A program made the position numbers and the translations under genes. DNA of 64,000 bases. Origin: Lingula anatina. Lineage: Eukaryota > Animalia > Brachiopoda. How positions within the stretch are numbered: position 1 is the stretch's first letter; each line of letters begins with the position of its first letter. The notes below the pieces were generated by a model. That model did no database searches. It was not told the origin of the DNA and worked only from the letters and a program-made list of their open reading frames with translations. Below are positions 1 to 13,100 of the stretch, piece after piece. The stretch is from contig CM120641.1 of NCBI GenBank assembly GCA_051362555.1, forward strand, positions 38,136,401 through 38,200,400, given 5' to 3'.

Positions 1-1465
1 AATTTTATGAGCTGATGACTTTCCTCCACATTAAAGCAGTTCGTACCTTGGTGCTGGACTTGAATAAAAACATTTTTTTAAAAAATTAGGGTTTTGTTTT
101 CATAATAAAGCCAACTGGCTAGGAAATATAGTTGTTCTCTAAATGTACATCGAGAAAAAAAGTGTTTTTCTCCTCTCAAACCGTTTTATTCTTGGATTCA
201 GTGTTAGTATTAAAGTGCTTTGGGGTTAAAGGTTTCCTTTACATGTCAGGGTGATTTGTCGAAATTCGATATATATATAGTTTATAGAGGGGTTTCCCCT
301 TTTTTTCTGAATTGTGAGATACGTGCACTCTTGTAACATTAATATGTACCTTTTAAATGTTTCTAGTTGCAACAAACGGTTTTCGTGCCATCATTATATT
401 CACAGAATTTACATAAAACATCTTTTATGTACATTTTTCCTCTCAAAACAATATGTTAGGAAAGACCTGTCACTCCTATAGCAATGAATATTTTGAATTG
501 CGTCAGCCCCGAACACAGCCATAAACGTTGTATATCATTTGTTTGTAAACTAAATAAGCTAGGCTTGCTTAATTTAGTTTGTATATTATTTACATTAATG
601 TTACTTTATATTACATGTACTTCGTTTGAAAATTTATGTATCTCAATTATTTTATGAAGCAAGTTAGTAATTCATTAGAAATTTATTACGCGCTCCTTTT
701 TTCCTCCTTTTCTTGTAAAGAGTTGGTTCGGATCCCCCAAAAACGATTATGTTGGCCCTGATTTTTCCCTTTTCTCGAGTTCACTGCAAAAACTTTCCCT
801 ATATTATTGCTAAATTCTCGTTGGAGGCGCTATTGTCAGAAGGTAATGACTCCAGCTAACTCTAGATTTTGAGTCTCTTTATTGCGTTCAAACGCGAATG
901 CACACTGGAAGCGTCAACTATTGATACATGTAAGAATAGATCGGTGTCAAATGCTTAAATGCTAATTGTAAATTACATCATGGATTATTTTTAACACATT
1001 GGTTCTCAATCGTGTGATATTGCTATCCTTTGCCATTTTACGATGTTGAACGCAACGACCCCTTTGTTCAATAAAATCAAACTTCTTGCGCTTCTGTTTT
1101 TCGTTATCGTTAATAACAAGAAGCGCAATATATCTGGATTTGAAGTGAAGCTTACTCCTCTCTAAACAGTTTTTATTTAAGAGAAAAAGAAGAGCCTTAT
1201 GACGGTATGAGCACAGTGTGGACTCTTCATACTCGATTGTTGTGAGGAATGCTGCCGCAAAACGTTCATTTGCCATTTTACTAATGCACCACCCCCTTTT
1301 TTTCCTTTGGAAAATGGGGTAATATACTGAATATAACCTTCTTGCGGCTGAAGGTTACCCAGCTTTAACGGGATTTTAATCTGTTGAAGTTACCGGGTAT
1401 GTACCTGTACCAGACCTCCCACTCCTCTGTCTCCTTGCGATACTTAATGATGATGACGATGATGG

Positions 1466-1498
<33 letters not shown>

Positions 1499-2455
1499 GA
1501 AGTCAAGGCTCTGTCACACCTCGCGTAAAGAGGTCATTATGAGTATTGGATGTGACATCGATTATACAATGTGCGCACAACTTTGAGCGTGTGAAATCAC
1601 CTTGTTTCCAGTTTCCTTGTTAAAATGGATACATGAACAATAAGCGTATGAAACTGTTTTTGAACTTGCTCCAAACATTTTATCTGCTGCTTCATCTTCC
1701 AACGTTTGCCTACTTATTCGAGGTGCATAGGCCTACAACGTAAGCCTAAAGAACTGAAACCCTTGCGTTTGTCTGTGTGTGGACGATTTTTTAAATACGT
1801 TAGTGCTATACAAAAAGTATGACAGTACCGGTAGTTCAAAGTTATATACAGTACATTGTAATCAACGAGTTGTGTCAAATTTTAAAAAAGCAAAGTAACG
1901 CCCAAAATAGGAGTGTACATGAATGTGCCAAATTATTCTTTTTCATTTGTTTTTATTTAGTGAGGATGTATCTTTTAAATAGGCCTATGTAATAAATTCT
2001 ATGATCTTTTTAATATAACGTTTATTATTAATAATACACACGCCTGAGCGTTGAAAGTTTATTAAGCTACACGTTATTGTACATTACACGAGATTTGCAT
2101 CCAAAATATTACCTATAGCCAATGATACAAGTGAAAGAGCGAGATTTCCTACAATGACGTACTGCGTTCTATATACACAATTGAACAATAGATGAATACA
2201 ATGCCGCATATCAACCAGGTAAACAGGTGTAAATACATGAACAAAATAACGTGACATGGTGCAAAAATTGGAATTATCTGTGCCCTTAGCCATCTAAAAT
2301 TTCAAACAAAAGCCCGTGTTCATTTGCTTAAAAATAAAGGTAATATTTTATCCAAACCAAGAGACTATTAATAATAAAATGCATTCACAGGATGTAAACA
2401 CGTCTCATCCACATGGTGACTATTTACGTTCGATTTGGGCTTATCTTGCATATCC

Positions 2456-2480
2456 AGCCAATCATAACGCAGTCACGTGA
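2456..2480 (+). promoter_or_regulatory. Probable SECISBP2L proximal promoter (CCAAT box plus E-box)
   Basis: AGCCAATCA at 2456-2464 and GTCACGTGA at 2472-2480, about 100-125 bp upstream of the ATG in a locally CpG-richer stretch. The TSS is not determined. Confidence 0.45.
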
Positions 2481-2582
2481 ACGTTGAATTTGGGAGGACG
2501 GACAGGGCTGCGACAAGCCGATCGAAGACTAGTACACATATCATGAACAGAAAGTGGAAGGATTTATGAGTCGAACCTAAAT

Positions 2583-4069
2583 ATGTCCCAGACAGATGAT
2601 ACAAGAGCTCAGGTAACCCAACATTTTATTTACTTCTCGTTTTCTTTCAATTTACGGCAAACGAATGGGCGTGGAAATGTCAGATATGTAAACCACATCC
2701 GCCATTTTCTCTATCAAAGTTGATCACAGGCGTCTTATTTTGTAGCAACCTTTTGAGAACCATTTAATCTAAGGTGTAAAGCAAAATAATTAGAAGCACT
2801 TGTGTTTCTCATTGCCCACTTCAAGTCTCAAAACGTGTCTCTTATAGGCACGCGTGCTCTGAAAGCTCTAAGCTGGGTGTCATGTTTGTATGACACGATA
2901 TATATTTTCTTTAAAATTTGCCTAAGATTCTTTTACAGGTACGTCGCCTGGATTATTTTAAACCTCTGGGTTGATGGAACGTACACTTTCTTAAAGCGTA
3001 TTGTTTAATCAAAATCAATGATTTATTAAATTAATTGGAAGGAATGTTTTTCGTACATCCCACTGTCACTGGTGCGTGTGGAGTAGCTGAACCAACTTGT
3101 CTTTGAACATGGTGTCTAATTATCCAGACGTATCTAGTCATTCTTACTATATGAAATGTTGGTTTAAGGAGAGCAATTTCAAGTTTTGTGACTATTTCAT
3201 GTCCATATCTCAAGTTTGAAAAGGTATGATTTAACAGCTGTCTAAATACATTTTGTACTTTTTTGGGCCTTGTGTCTTATTTTATTTACAGCAGCAGCCT
3301 GGTATCTATACAAAATTTTAGGGTAGCAATGTGGACAGAATGATTAATAAAAAATTGCGATACAGTTTAGTGTGTATTTTACAGGTAGAAGTAATATGTT
3401 TTTTTAAAATGATTTATACAACTCTGTTTCTGCTATTTCTTAAAGTTAACAATCTCTAGTGCAATATAACTGACAAAAAGGAAGGTCATTTTCAAGTCAT
3501 TGTGAGTCACTGTATCAGCAAAAGAGAGTAATTTTTCATAATCATACACCAAGGACACCCATAACTTGCACTAGTGGCAATCCTGAATATAGAAATACAC
3601 ACAATTGCAAGCTCACTGGCCAAAAACAATGATGAAATGTACTTTCTTTCTTTTAGTGCAAGAGATTGATTTATTACTTTTTTTGCATACATAGGTAAAT
3701 ACCCTTGGACATTTTATTTTTGAACCAAATATTTCACATTAACTTGTCCATTTCTAGGAGGATGTTCAATCTACCCTGTCTCCTGAGGCAACAGCTTTTG
3801 TACCAAAATATCTTGGATCAATGGAACAAGGTGCTGCTGCCAAAAATCCACCTGTCAAGGAACTGCCCCGGTACATGACAAATTGTTACCCTTTTGTCAA
3901 GGGTGACCCTGGTCCAAAGTATGTAGATTGCACTGATACATTGAATTTAGATAAACCATCATTATCTTTAGGTTATTCTGCTTGAGCTTTCTTTAAGATT
4001 CTACTATGATATGCTAGATATTGTGCATATTGATATTATGAGAGTGAAAAGCGATTCTTAAAGAAAAAA

Positions 4070-4114
<45 letters not shown>

Positions 4115-7100
4115 TAATCTACATAGACAAGCTGGACGGTGGCAAAATTTGCAAAGACCTAATGCAGGACAGCGACTGCCCATTCACCACCAGGGTAAGT
4201 TTGGTTCAGAAACATAACTTTTTAACTGAAGGTATCAGTATGTCAGAATTTTATTTTAAAAAAAGTAAAGGTAATACTTTTTTAATGTCCCTATTCTTCA
4301 ACCATAAAACATTAGTATTGCTTGGTATATTCTGTTTTTCATGGATTTTTTTTTCAAGAAGTGTTTTTTTTACCAGTTTAAAATGTTAGAATATGTAGAT
4401 TTTTTTCCTATGTATTTACTGTCTTAACTCATTCAGCATGTCTGTTTTAGGTGGCTATGCTTTCAATGGCCCAGGCCCTCCAGTGGGTTATCATGTAACA
4501 CCTCGTCAAGCATGGCCAAGTATCAACTCCTCACTACCAGTGCCCTTTGAAGGCCATGTATTGCCAGTTTCCATGGATGTTGTGCACCCAAATAATTCTG
4601 GTTTTAGTGCTTATTGCGCTAATTATCAACCAGCTCATTCACCTTCTCCATCAGCAACATGGAATGGGACAGGGATTTTATACCCAGAGATACCTATGAC
4701 TTATGCCACAGGTTATGGACCCGCAGGGCATTGTTATCCAGCTTCAGAGGCTGGGGATAGCTGTCAAAGTTGGAGTGGATCAGAAAATAGTAGAAACACC
4801 AAGATAATACGAAAGGTAAGCTGTCATTTACATCATTTCCTTGAAAAGGCCAATGTCTCCATCATCCTTCTTTTATTCATTGAAGAATGTTGATGAAAAT
4901 CATGTTTTCTTAACATTATTACTCATAGAAAAGAATAAGGATGGTTTCATAACTATTATTCTTTAAATAAATTGTTTTGAAATGTCAAAGAATGTCCTTA
5001 ACATCAAGTATATACAAGGATTAAGTCAGTAAGTTTTATTTTCATACTTCTGTTTAGCTACAATCTCTGCTAAGTTAAGTAAAGACTGGAATACCCCCTT
5101 AGTTCTCCTACTTTTGCAGACTCACCACCCTGAAATCTCTCTACTCCAAAAAAAATTAATGGACATTATAAAGCTTTCTGCAAATGTTTTTACTTACCTT
5201 TACCACCAGTTACATCTATTTCTGTTTTTACACTTTGTATTGTCAACAAAAATATTTACCTGAAAGGCTTGTGACTTTGAAGTCCAGGGGCACATAGTAT
5301 GTTTCTAAAACAGTTTGTCAGACATTTGATGTCAACACTGTGACAACATGCAAATAAACACGCTCATTACCAATTGCACCACTTGTAGACACCTGTTGAA
5401 TCAGACTCTTTCTATTAAAATATCTGAACCCATTCATGCTTTTTTTGAGAAGTTTATTGGAGACCTTAATGTGCTGAGACCTTACAAGTCCTACCTTCTT
5501 AGCCCTTAAATTTGAAATTATCATAAAGGGTGTTTTCTGAAGCTTCCATTCTAAGTATTAATCTGGTTATTGATCCACACTTTAGCTCCCCTTTTCCTAT
5601 ATCAAAACATGGAAATGCTTTCACTGAGTGAGCAAAAGATTGTCCTTTTACAAATTCAGATATTATACCAAGTTAGGAAAGCTCTGATGTGGAACATACA
5701 GCTGTTTCCTGGTCAATAAGATATTGGTTACTTATGCCCTGTAGTCATAGGCATATATGAAGAGAAACCTTTAAACAATGTACTTTTAACTAAACCTTCT
5801 GGAAATGTGTAAGAAAATGATTATCAGCTTTAAGGTTTTTAAGGTTAATTTTAATTGCAAACCTTCCAAGGTAGTGGAAATTAATACAATTTTGTTCTGA
5901 GTGACAAAAGGGAACAGCGGTGAAAAATTACCAGTCACAGTACCTAGATAAGGGTTTTTTCAAAGTAAAGTGAGGAAGTTGGCTTATCACAGATCAGCAG
6001 AATTATATACAATGAAAAGACAATTTAATCAGGTCCATGATAACATAGTTTATATTCAGTGCGTAGTGAATATGTAAATGCTGGGCAAGAAATACTTTTG
6101 TGCATATCAGTGTGAATGGTCTGCTGATAATGTGTGGTTTTCTCAGACTGCCTGACCAGGAAACTGTATTGTGATAAAAGTCTGTTTTATTGCCACAAAC
6201 ACCTTGCCAGGACACTTGTACTTCTAATTTGGTATAGACTTCACCATCTAACCCTTTCCTTATTTTTAATAACAAATCAATAAATCCTTAGGAGTACAGC
6301 TTTCTTACAACTAGACCATTGCATAATTATTGCTTACTGAAATTTACTTGAGTGTTTGTCGAGGTGTTTGAGTAAGTCTTGTGTACTTAAATTTATGAAC
6401 TTATTCTGTGGTAAGGAAGTGAATGAATAAAAGAGCAGTGACTGAAGTACTTGGTGTCAGAATGTGCAGTAGACATGAATAGATGATGCTGTGTGATTGT
6501 CTTGGAGATAACTAATAACACCCTAATACTCACCGGTGCATTTATGCTTGAATTAAGTGCTTTTTAGTTTAGAATGTGCTACATGATTATTATACATTTT
6601 TCTGAGATGGTGAAAAAACATATGTCTGTAGGTTTCTATGCACAAACACTGAAAATGTCTGTGCATGTCCTGATCACCTAGATTGTCGTTGTCACCACCT
6701 GATTCACTCATAAACTACCAAACTTAGTGGGTTATTTTCATAAAACTTATTTTTTGTTGTATTTTGCATGCTTTTTAGAATTATTTGCTTCCCAATTGCT
6801 AAACTTTTTTTACATTTGTATTTTCTAGGATTTGTTTAGTAAAAGTTGGATAATATGTACAGAAACCATGATTTTTAAAAAAAGTATTCCACCCACATTT
6901 CGATTTCACATACCCAAATACCCCCCCAAAGCAGCAGACTATTTGAATTTGCAGAAAAAGGACCTATTGTGTGACAGCATTTAATTTGTTCACCTACACG
7001 TCAACGGTCATGTGTCTGAAGTAAGAAATCAATTTCAGCTTGTTTAATTTTTTTATCAAACTTATAAATCAATGATTTATGCACAGAGTATTTTGTCTGT

Positions 7101-10100
7101 TGCAAATATAGTTTATTGATCATAAACTTTTTCATTGAAGGTACAAATTTTTTAGATGACATAGATAATAAAATAATTATGTGAAATTGTATTTTCATCT
7201 CTGAATGACGCACATCTCTGTTGGCACATGATAGATTATTACGAGAGAGAATTAATTGCTATATAGTTGAGAGATTGGACTGGGTAGTGTCACACAGGTT
7301 TCTCCTGGAAGCTTTATTGGGTGAATTCTCTGTTAACAAATTATTAAAGGGGTCACAATTGGTTTCAAGTGTAATTTTTTCAATATTTTAAGACACTGTT
7401 GACATTTTCAGTGATTGTTTAAGGAACATATGGAGAACAAAGCAGGTAGTTTTGATTTTTGATAAAGCCATTTGCTTTAGAAGTATGACCCCCCCCCCCC
7501 CCCCCATTATATCGAAAACAATTTTATAAAGGTGCTGATTTCAAATCATTGAAGATAAAATCTGAACTTCATACCCAAAGAAAAAATGTTGTGTAGGGCT
7601 TTTCATTAGTTACACAATGCCATTATGTTAATAGTTGCTCCGAGGACTGAGAAATCCCTGAATCCAAAATTTATATTTTAAGCCCCAAAATATATTTGTG
7701 CTCCAGTGAAGGCTGTGAGGTATGTGGTTGTTGCATGATCATATTTTTTTAGTCATTTGTTTTTGGTAACGGTGGTTTTGTAAATATTTGTGAAGGTAAC
7801 CCCCTCTCTCCTTGAAATAAGGCCTGTCATAAAAGGGAGTCAGTTTCTAAACTATTGCAGGATCTAATAAAGGTGGAGAACCAGCTGGATTGAGATCTCT
7901 GGCATGTAAAGCAATGAAGTTTTATCTTTTCTATTCCATAAATTAGTATTTGTTAATTCCACTCTTTTCGAGGTATCCTCATCTTGTAAAGTAAAACTTA
8001 TAGATTTCTCAGCATTGATAATAGCATCTAGGCATAATTAAGGATAACTAGTTTTTTCAATTTCATGGACATTTGACCTCCGTAAGAATGTAAATATAGT
8101 TGTTTATTCTGTGTTTTGGTAACAGGTATAGCGACCTACATTGTGTATCCCATAATCGTGACTGGGTAAATAATATCATTGTTGATTCTGCAGAGCTAGT
8201 GCTAATTTGTAAACACAACTTCCACAGCAGTTATAAAGTGCATTCTTCAAAATGCAAATTAAAACCTTGTTTTGGTTTGTATAGATTATTTGGAGACTGA
8301 TAATGCTCCTATTATGCAGAATTTTTTATAACTTTCTGCCAGTGGATGTTATTCAACAGTTTCTGTCCATCCAGGGCAACTGTTAGAGTGTTATAAGGCC
8401 AAGGTTAAAAATAATTTTGATGCACCTTATAGAAATTGATTCAAGTTACGATTGAATCTTTCCCAACTTTGACCAATCCACACACAATGAAAAGTAAATG
8501 GAAAAAGTGTGAAATGTAGAACAGAAATTGAAGCATAGATTAGGTGTTAAATGAATCTCTGATAGAATAGTAAGAATGCAGCAAGGCGTAAATAGGGGTA
8601 AAGCATGCATTTGAAATCACTTTATTTGAATATGCCCTCAGTCATGACTTAATTAAGACCCATAATGGGTGAAGCAAAGAAAAGATGCACATTATAATAT
8701 GTTCTCACATACATAGAACCAGTTGGATTTATCACATGTGCACTAACTGAGACTTCCTAATCATTTGCATTTTGTGTGTTGATAAATGTGAAAAGAATTA
8801 AGTGGCACATTTTATTTTCTGCCCACCTTTCACTATCAGCTTAATTTATGTACCAGTGCCTTGGTAAGAGAGGAGCATTTGAAGTATGTCCCTGACAAAC
8901 AATGGTTGGAAGTTTTATGTGACAGAATAAATATGCATTGTTTAGTATGCAACATAAATTACAAATTTAAGGATTCAAGATGAACACTTGAAATAAATGA
9001 CTTTGACTGCCTGAAAAAAAATCATCATGGCTCTGCTTTCTTGTGAGATATTGATAGATTGTCTTTGCTGAACATTGATCACATTAATTTAGGAAGAGCG
9101 AGGGATTAAAAAAAAGAACATTTAAGCATAGAGGTCAGCAATATTAGAGTTGTAGTCATTAGTTGCAGTTACATATTTTTAATAGGTCAGAATTAGCATT
9201 TCTTTTAGCTTTGCAAAATGTCTTTCTGCTATTTAAAATAGTACAATGCAAAGCAGTTTTGCCACAGAAGTATGTAATAGAGCATGCTTAGTGGGGAAAA
9301 TTGTCTTTGAATGTATGAATGAGTGCATGAATAAATAAATTTTGCCATAGTCTATCACCAGATAGACCACAAAGTCCTGCCATGCAATGATGTTCATCAT
9401 CAATTCTGCCTGTCATTGTCCTCTCTTTGCTTTCCTGTCTCTTTCTCCCTCAATTAAAGCAAGCAGCATCACTAGTATCAGTAATTCACCCTCTTTTTCT
9501 TTTAAGACATTTGTCAAAAATATTCCTACCTTATGCTTAATTCCATTTTCATGCGCTCAAAGGGTCATATCATTTTATGTTCTTATTCACTAATTGAGTC
9601 ATGAGTAGAATTTTGTGATTACAACTTTTCTGTCACTTAAAGGGGACTTTGGTTCAAATTTACCAACTCTAATATCTTTATATGTGGTTGTGCATGAAGA
9701 TAGATTTTGTGCTCAAGCATGACCCTGACTCTTGATTGTGACCTTTGCGCACCTTCCACAGTAAAATCTACAATGCAATTAAGTAACCCTAGTATCTCCA
9801 AAATTAGCAGAAATACACTGGTCCCATATAGTCTAAATTTAACTTGAATAGAAAATGACATGAGAAATCCAAATGTGACCTTGAATATGACCTTTAACCT
9901 ACATTTTATGGTGAAGTGCACTTTTTTTCCTAGCTTGCTTTTAATACAGATAAAGTATTAGTAGCATGTTAAGAAGATTGCTGCTTTTCATATGTTTGTA
10001 CAACTAGAAATGTTTTAGTGCTATAGTGATACAAAAAAAGCAATATTTATGATGGTCACTCTTTGGCGACTGACAACAGTATTGCACCATGCAACATACA

Positions 10101-13100
10101 AGGGCTCTGCACATTGCATAACCTAAGGGTGTATTGCACCACTGTGAAATGCACTTGTTTTAGAAATGAGAAATTCTATTGTCCATGAGTCAGGAAGTAA
10201 GAGATACATATATCAGTCTGACATACTGCCCCTTTCTGTAGTGATGACTGTCAGATACTTATCTTGTTAGTTTTCAATATTTATACTTCATAGCTTACAG
10301 GATGAAACCAGAAATTCATATGTATCACATGATATTTAGATCAGAGTTAAAGGGATATCAAATCTTCATGTGAAATTCATATTTTCCAATAAATGCATTA
10401 TAAACAACTGAATTATACAGTAAAAATATATTAAATTCCATTTTATTGAGAAACAGGTTATTGCAATTATTCTGGATAATAGTGCTTGCCATCAGACCGT
10501 GTAGACCTTCATAGATGGCTGTACCTCCATAATAATCTCCTCAGACATGATTAAAAAAAAAGAACCAACTTCTTAGAAAAAAAAAACATGGACCAACTTT
10601 GCATGTAGGAATGATTTCATTAACCATTGGTTAGTAGGGGGGAAATCCATTTTATGTTATCCCTAATGACTCTGATGAATTGAATGGCTTTGGCCATATC
10701 AGAGGAAATAATTGATTTACTGCCTGTCATACATATGCAAGTATGTAGTAGTTTTTACCAACATACATGCAAAGTTACCCCTCCTCCCCCCCCCCCCCCA
10801 AAAAAAAAAAAAAAAAAAAAAAAACAGAAAAGAAAAGAAATCCATTAATTACAAATTTAAATAACAAAGAAAACCAGTGCTTTCTAATTTTAAAAATGAT
10901 GTAAAGATACCCACATGCATTAACTCATTTGTTTCTTTCTCTTTAGAAGAAGAAGATTGAGACCAGTTATGGTCCAAACATGGTGAGCATTGGAATTCAG
11001 AATGAGTCTGGTACACAGAGTAGAAGTAATAGGAAGCCCAGGAGTAAAACTATTATACTGGTGGATGCTGCAATACAGACAGGTTTGTGCAGAAAACATA
11101 AGTTGGAATGTATATTACTTCACCCCACCCCCCTCTTTTTTTTTTTTTACTAAGAAAAAGTTAATTTTGCTATTTCAGTTGGTAAGAGTTAATAGTTTAA
11201 AAAATTGATAAGATCGTTCTTTGCACTGTTTTTAAATTGGCCTTAATTAGATACTGGGGGATACGTCAACATCTTAGATATTTTTTATTAAAAAATATGT
11301 GGGCAAATTTTATATAGATAGATAGATTTAGATTCTGGCTTTAAATATTTTTTCCAGTATTATTTTCATGAGAAAATATTTGGTTTCTCTTTATTTAGAT
11401 TTTGCTGATGACATAGCCAACTTAACATTAGCAGATAAGCCTAATGCACTTTTTAAGAAATCAAAAATGAGAGCTAGGCGGAAAAATGAACGCAATCCAG
11501 TAGGGACAACTTCAACTGATACAGAAGTAGATTCTGACAGTGGCTACAGTAGTCCACTGCACCGAAGAAATCAGATCTCAAATGGGACTCACCCAGTAGT
11601 AATCTCTCCACCTCCACTCAGTTACTCACAGCAGGGAGGAAGTGCAGCAGCGGTAGTTGTATCAGGGAATCAGTATTTAACAGATGCTTGTATCTCACAG
11701 AATGGACTGGATCCAGCATACTGTGATTCAACAGAAACAATGGTCAATGGTTACAAGTCTCAGACACAGAATAGTGGGTTATCTACCCCCATTAGTGGAA
11801 TTTCAAATGCTAGAGGGAGTTTATCAGGAACAGAACTTTTAGAACCTAACAATGGTAAGAAAAAGAAACGGAGGAACAGGAGGAGAAAGCGGAAAGACAG
11901 TGGTCTATCAGAGCCTGGTGCAATGAGTGATGGTGCTCCAAGTTTAGAGTATCCCTTGTCTAGCTCAAATATATCTCGCACATCCACAGACCAGCTGAAT
12001 TTAGAAGGAAGTGACGGATGTTTGCATTTCGAAGATGAAGAGGAGTTCCCAGAATTGTCTGGTCCTGCCCAAAGGTTCTCCCATTCCTCTGGAGACAAAG
12101 TGACATCCTATAGTGATATTCTGAAAATGCAGGTAAGGTATAAAAAGTTGTAAAGTAACATCCCTAGAAGGTATTTGGCATTTGCATGTTATATAATGTG
12201 TCGAGTCATGAGTTTAAAAGGATAGACCTGTCAGTGCAATGTAAAAAAGTCACAGATAAGGGGAAGCTGAACAGAGAAAGATTTATGTTGGGCCTTGTTC
12301 TTTTGTCCCTTTCACTGTCCTCCAGTCAGTGTGATCAAGTGAGCTATGACTTATCTTTTTTATTGCCAGATGCCTAAAGCACTTTTTTCTGGGTTTATAT
12401 AATTGGTTTATAATATTGGTTGAAAAATGAACTAAAAGTAAAAGATGTCGGATTGACCATAGATGGTAATTGACATCATTCTAAATGGTCAATAAAGAGA
12501 CTGACAACTTTGTTAGACTGTTGTGTAATAGGCTGCAATTTGACAGATCCTTTTGGATACAAGTAGTTGTGATGTTTATTAAAATGATTTGTCAGTATGT
12601 AACTGTCTTGTTTACATACTTCTGCCTAGAGCTGAAATACCATTTTCATGGCAAACAGCTACTCAAGCTGTCTTTTAAGTGTCTATTTTTTTTTTTTTTT
12701 TAATTTTTTTTTAAGATTGCAAATTTTAAAAGTATTGTGCCTGCATTGCATATTTGGAATCAGATTTTTCATGATAATTCTGTGTCAATATATATGTTTT
12801 ACCAATGTTAAGTTGAACATTTTAAATATATCCTCTAAAACAGCTGTTACTAAGAAAATACAAAGTCCTTAGCATTATCATTATCATTATGCTAGTCGGT
12901 AACATTTGAGGTGTCTGTCAGCCTAAATGTTTTTTGGTATCAGTCTTCACATTTTCACAATAGTAATCTAATGACTAAACCGAAATCTGTTTATGCACCT
13001 CTCACTGTAGAACCAAAGGAAGTATGGTTTGCATTTTGTTCAACGATTAAAGCCCAATGGCAATTGACAGTTTTGTAGTGCAAAAAAAATTCAAAATGGA

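Noticed and set aside
962-1276. 104-aa minus-strand ORF (MANERFAA...) that might be a decayed transposon fragment
   Set aside because: No recognisable domain or splice structure. The resemblance to Crypton-like sequence is too weak to call without a search.
4816-10946. Possible alternative first exons or snoRNAs in the 6-kb SECISBP2L intron (donor-like sites at about 6411 and 7446)
   Set aside because: Phases do not fit the next exon, and I saw no convincing C/D or H/ACA box pairs.
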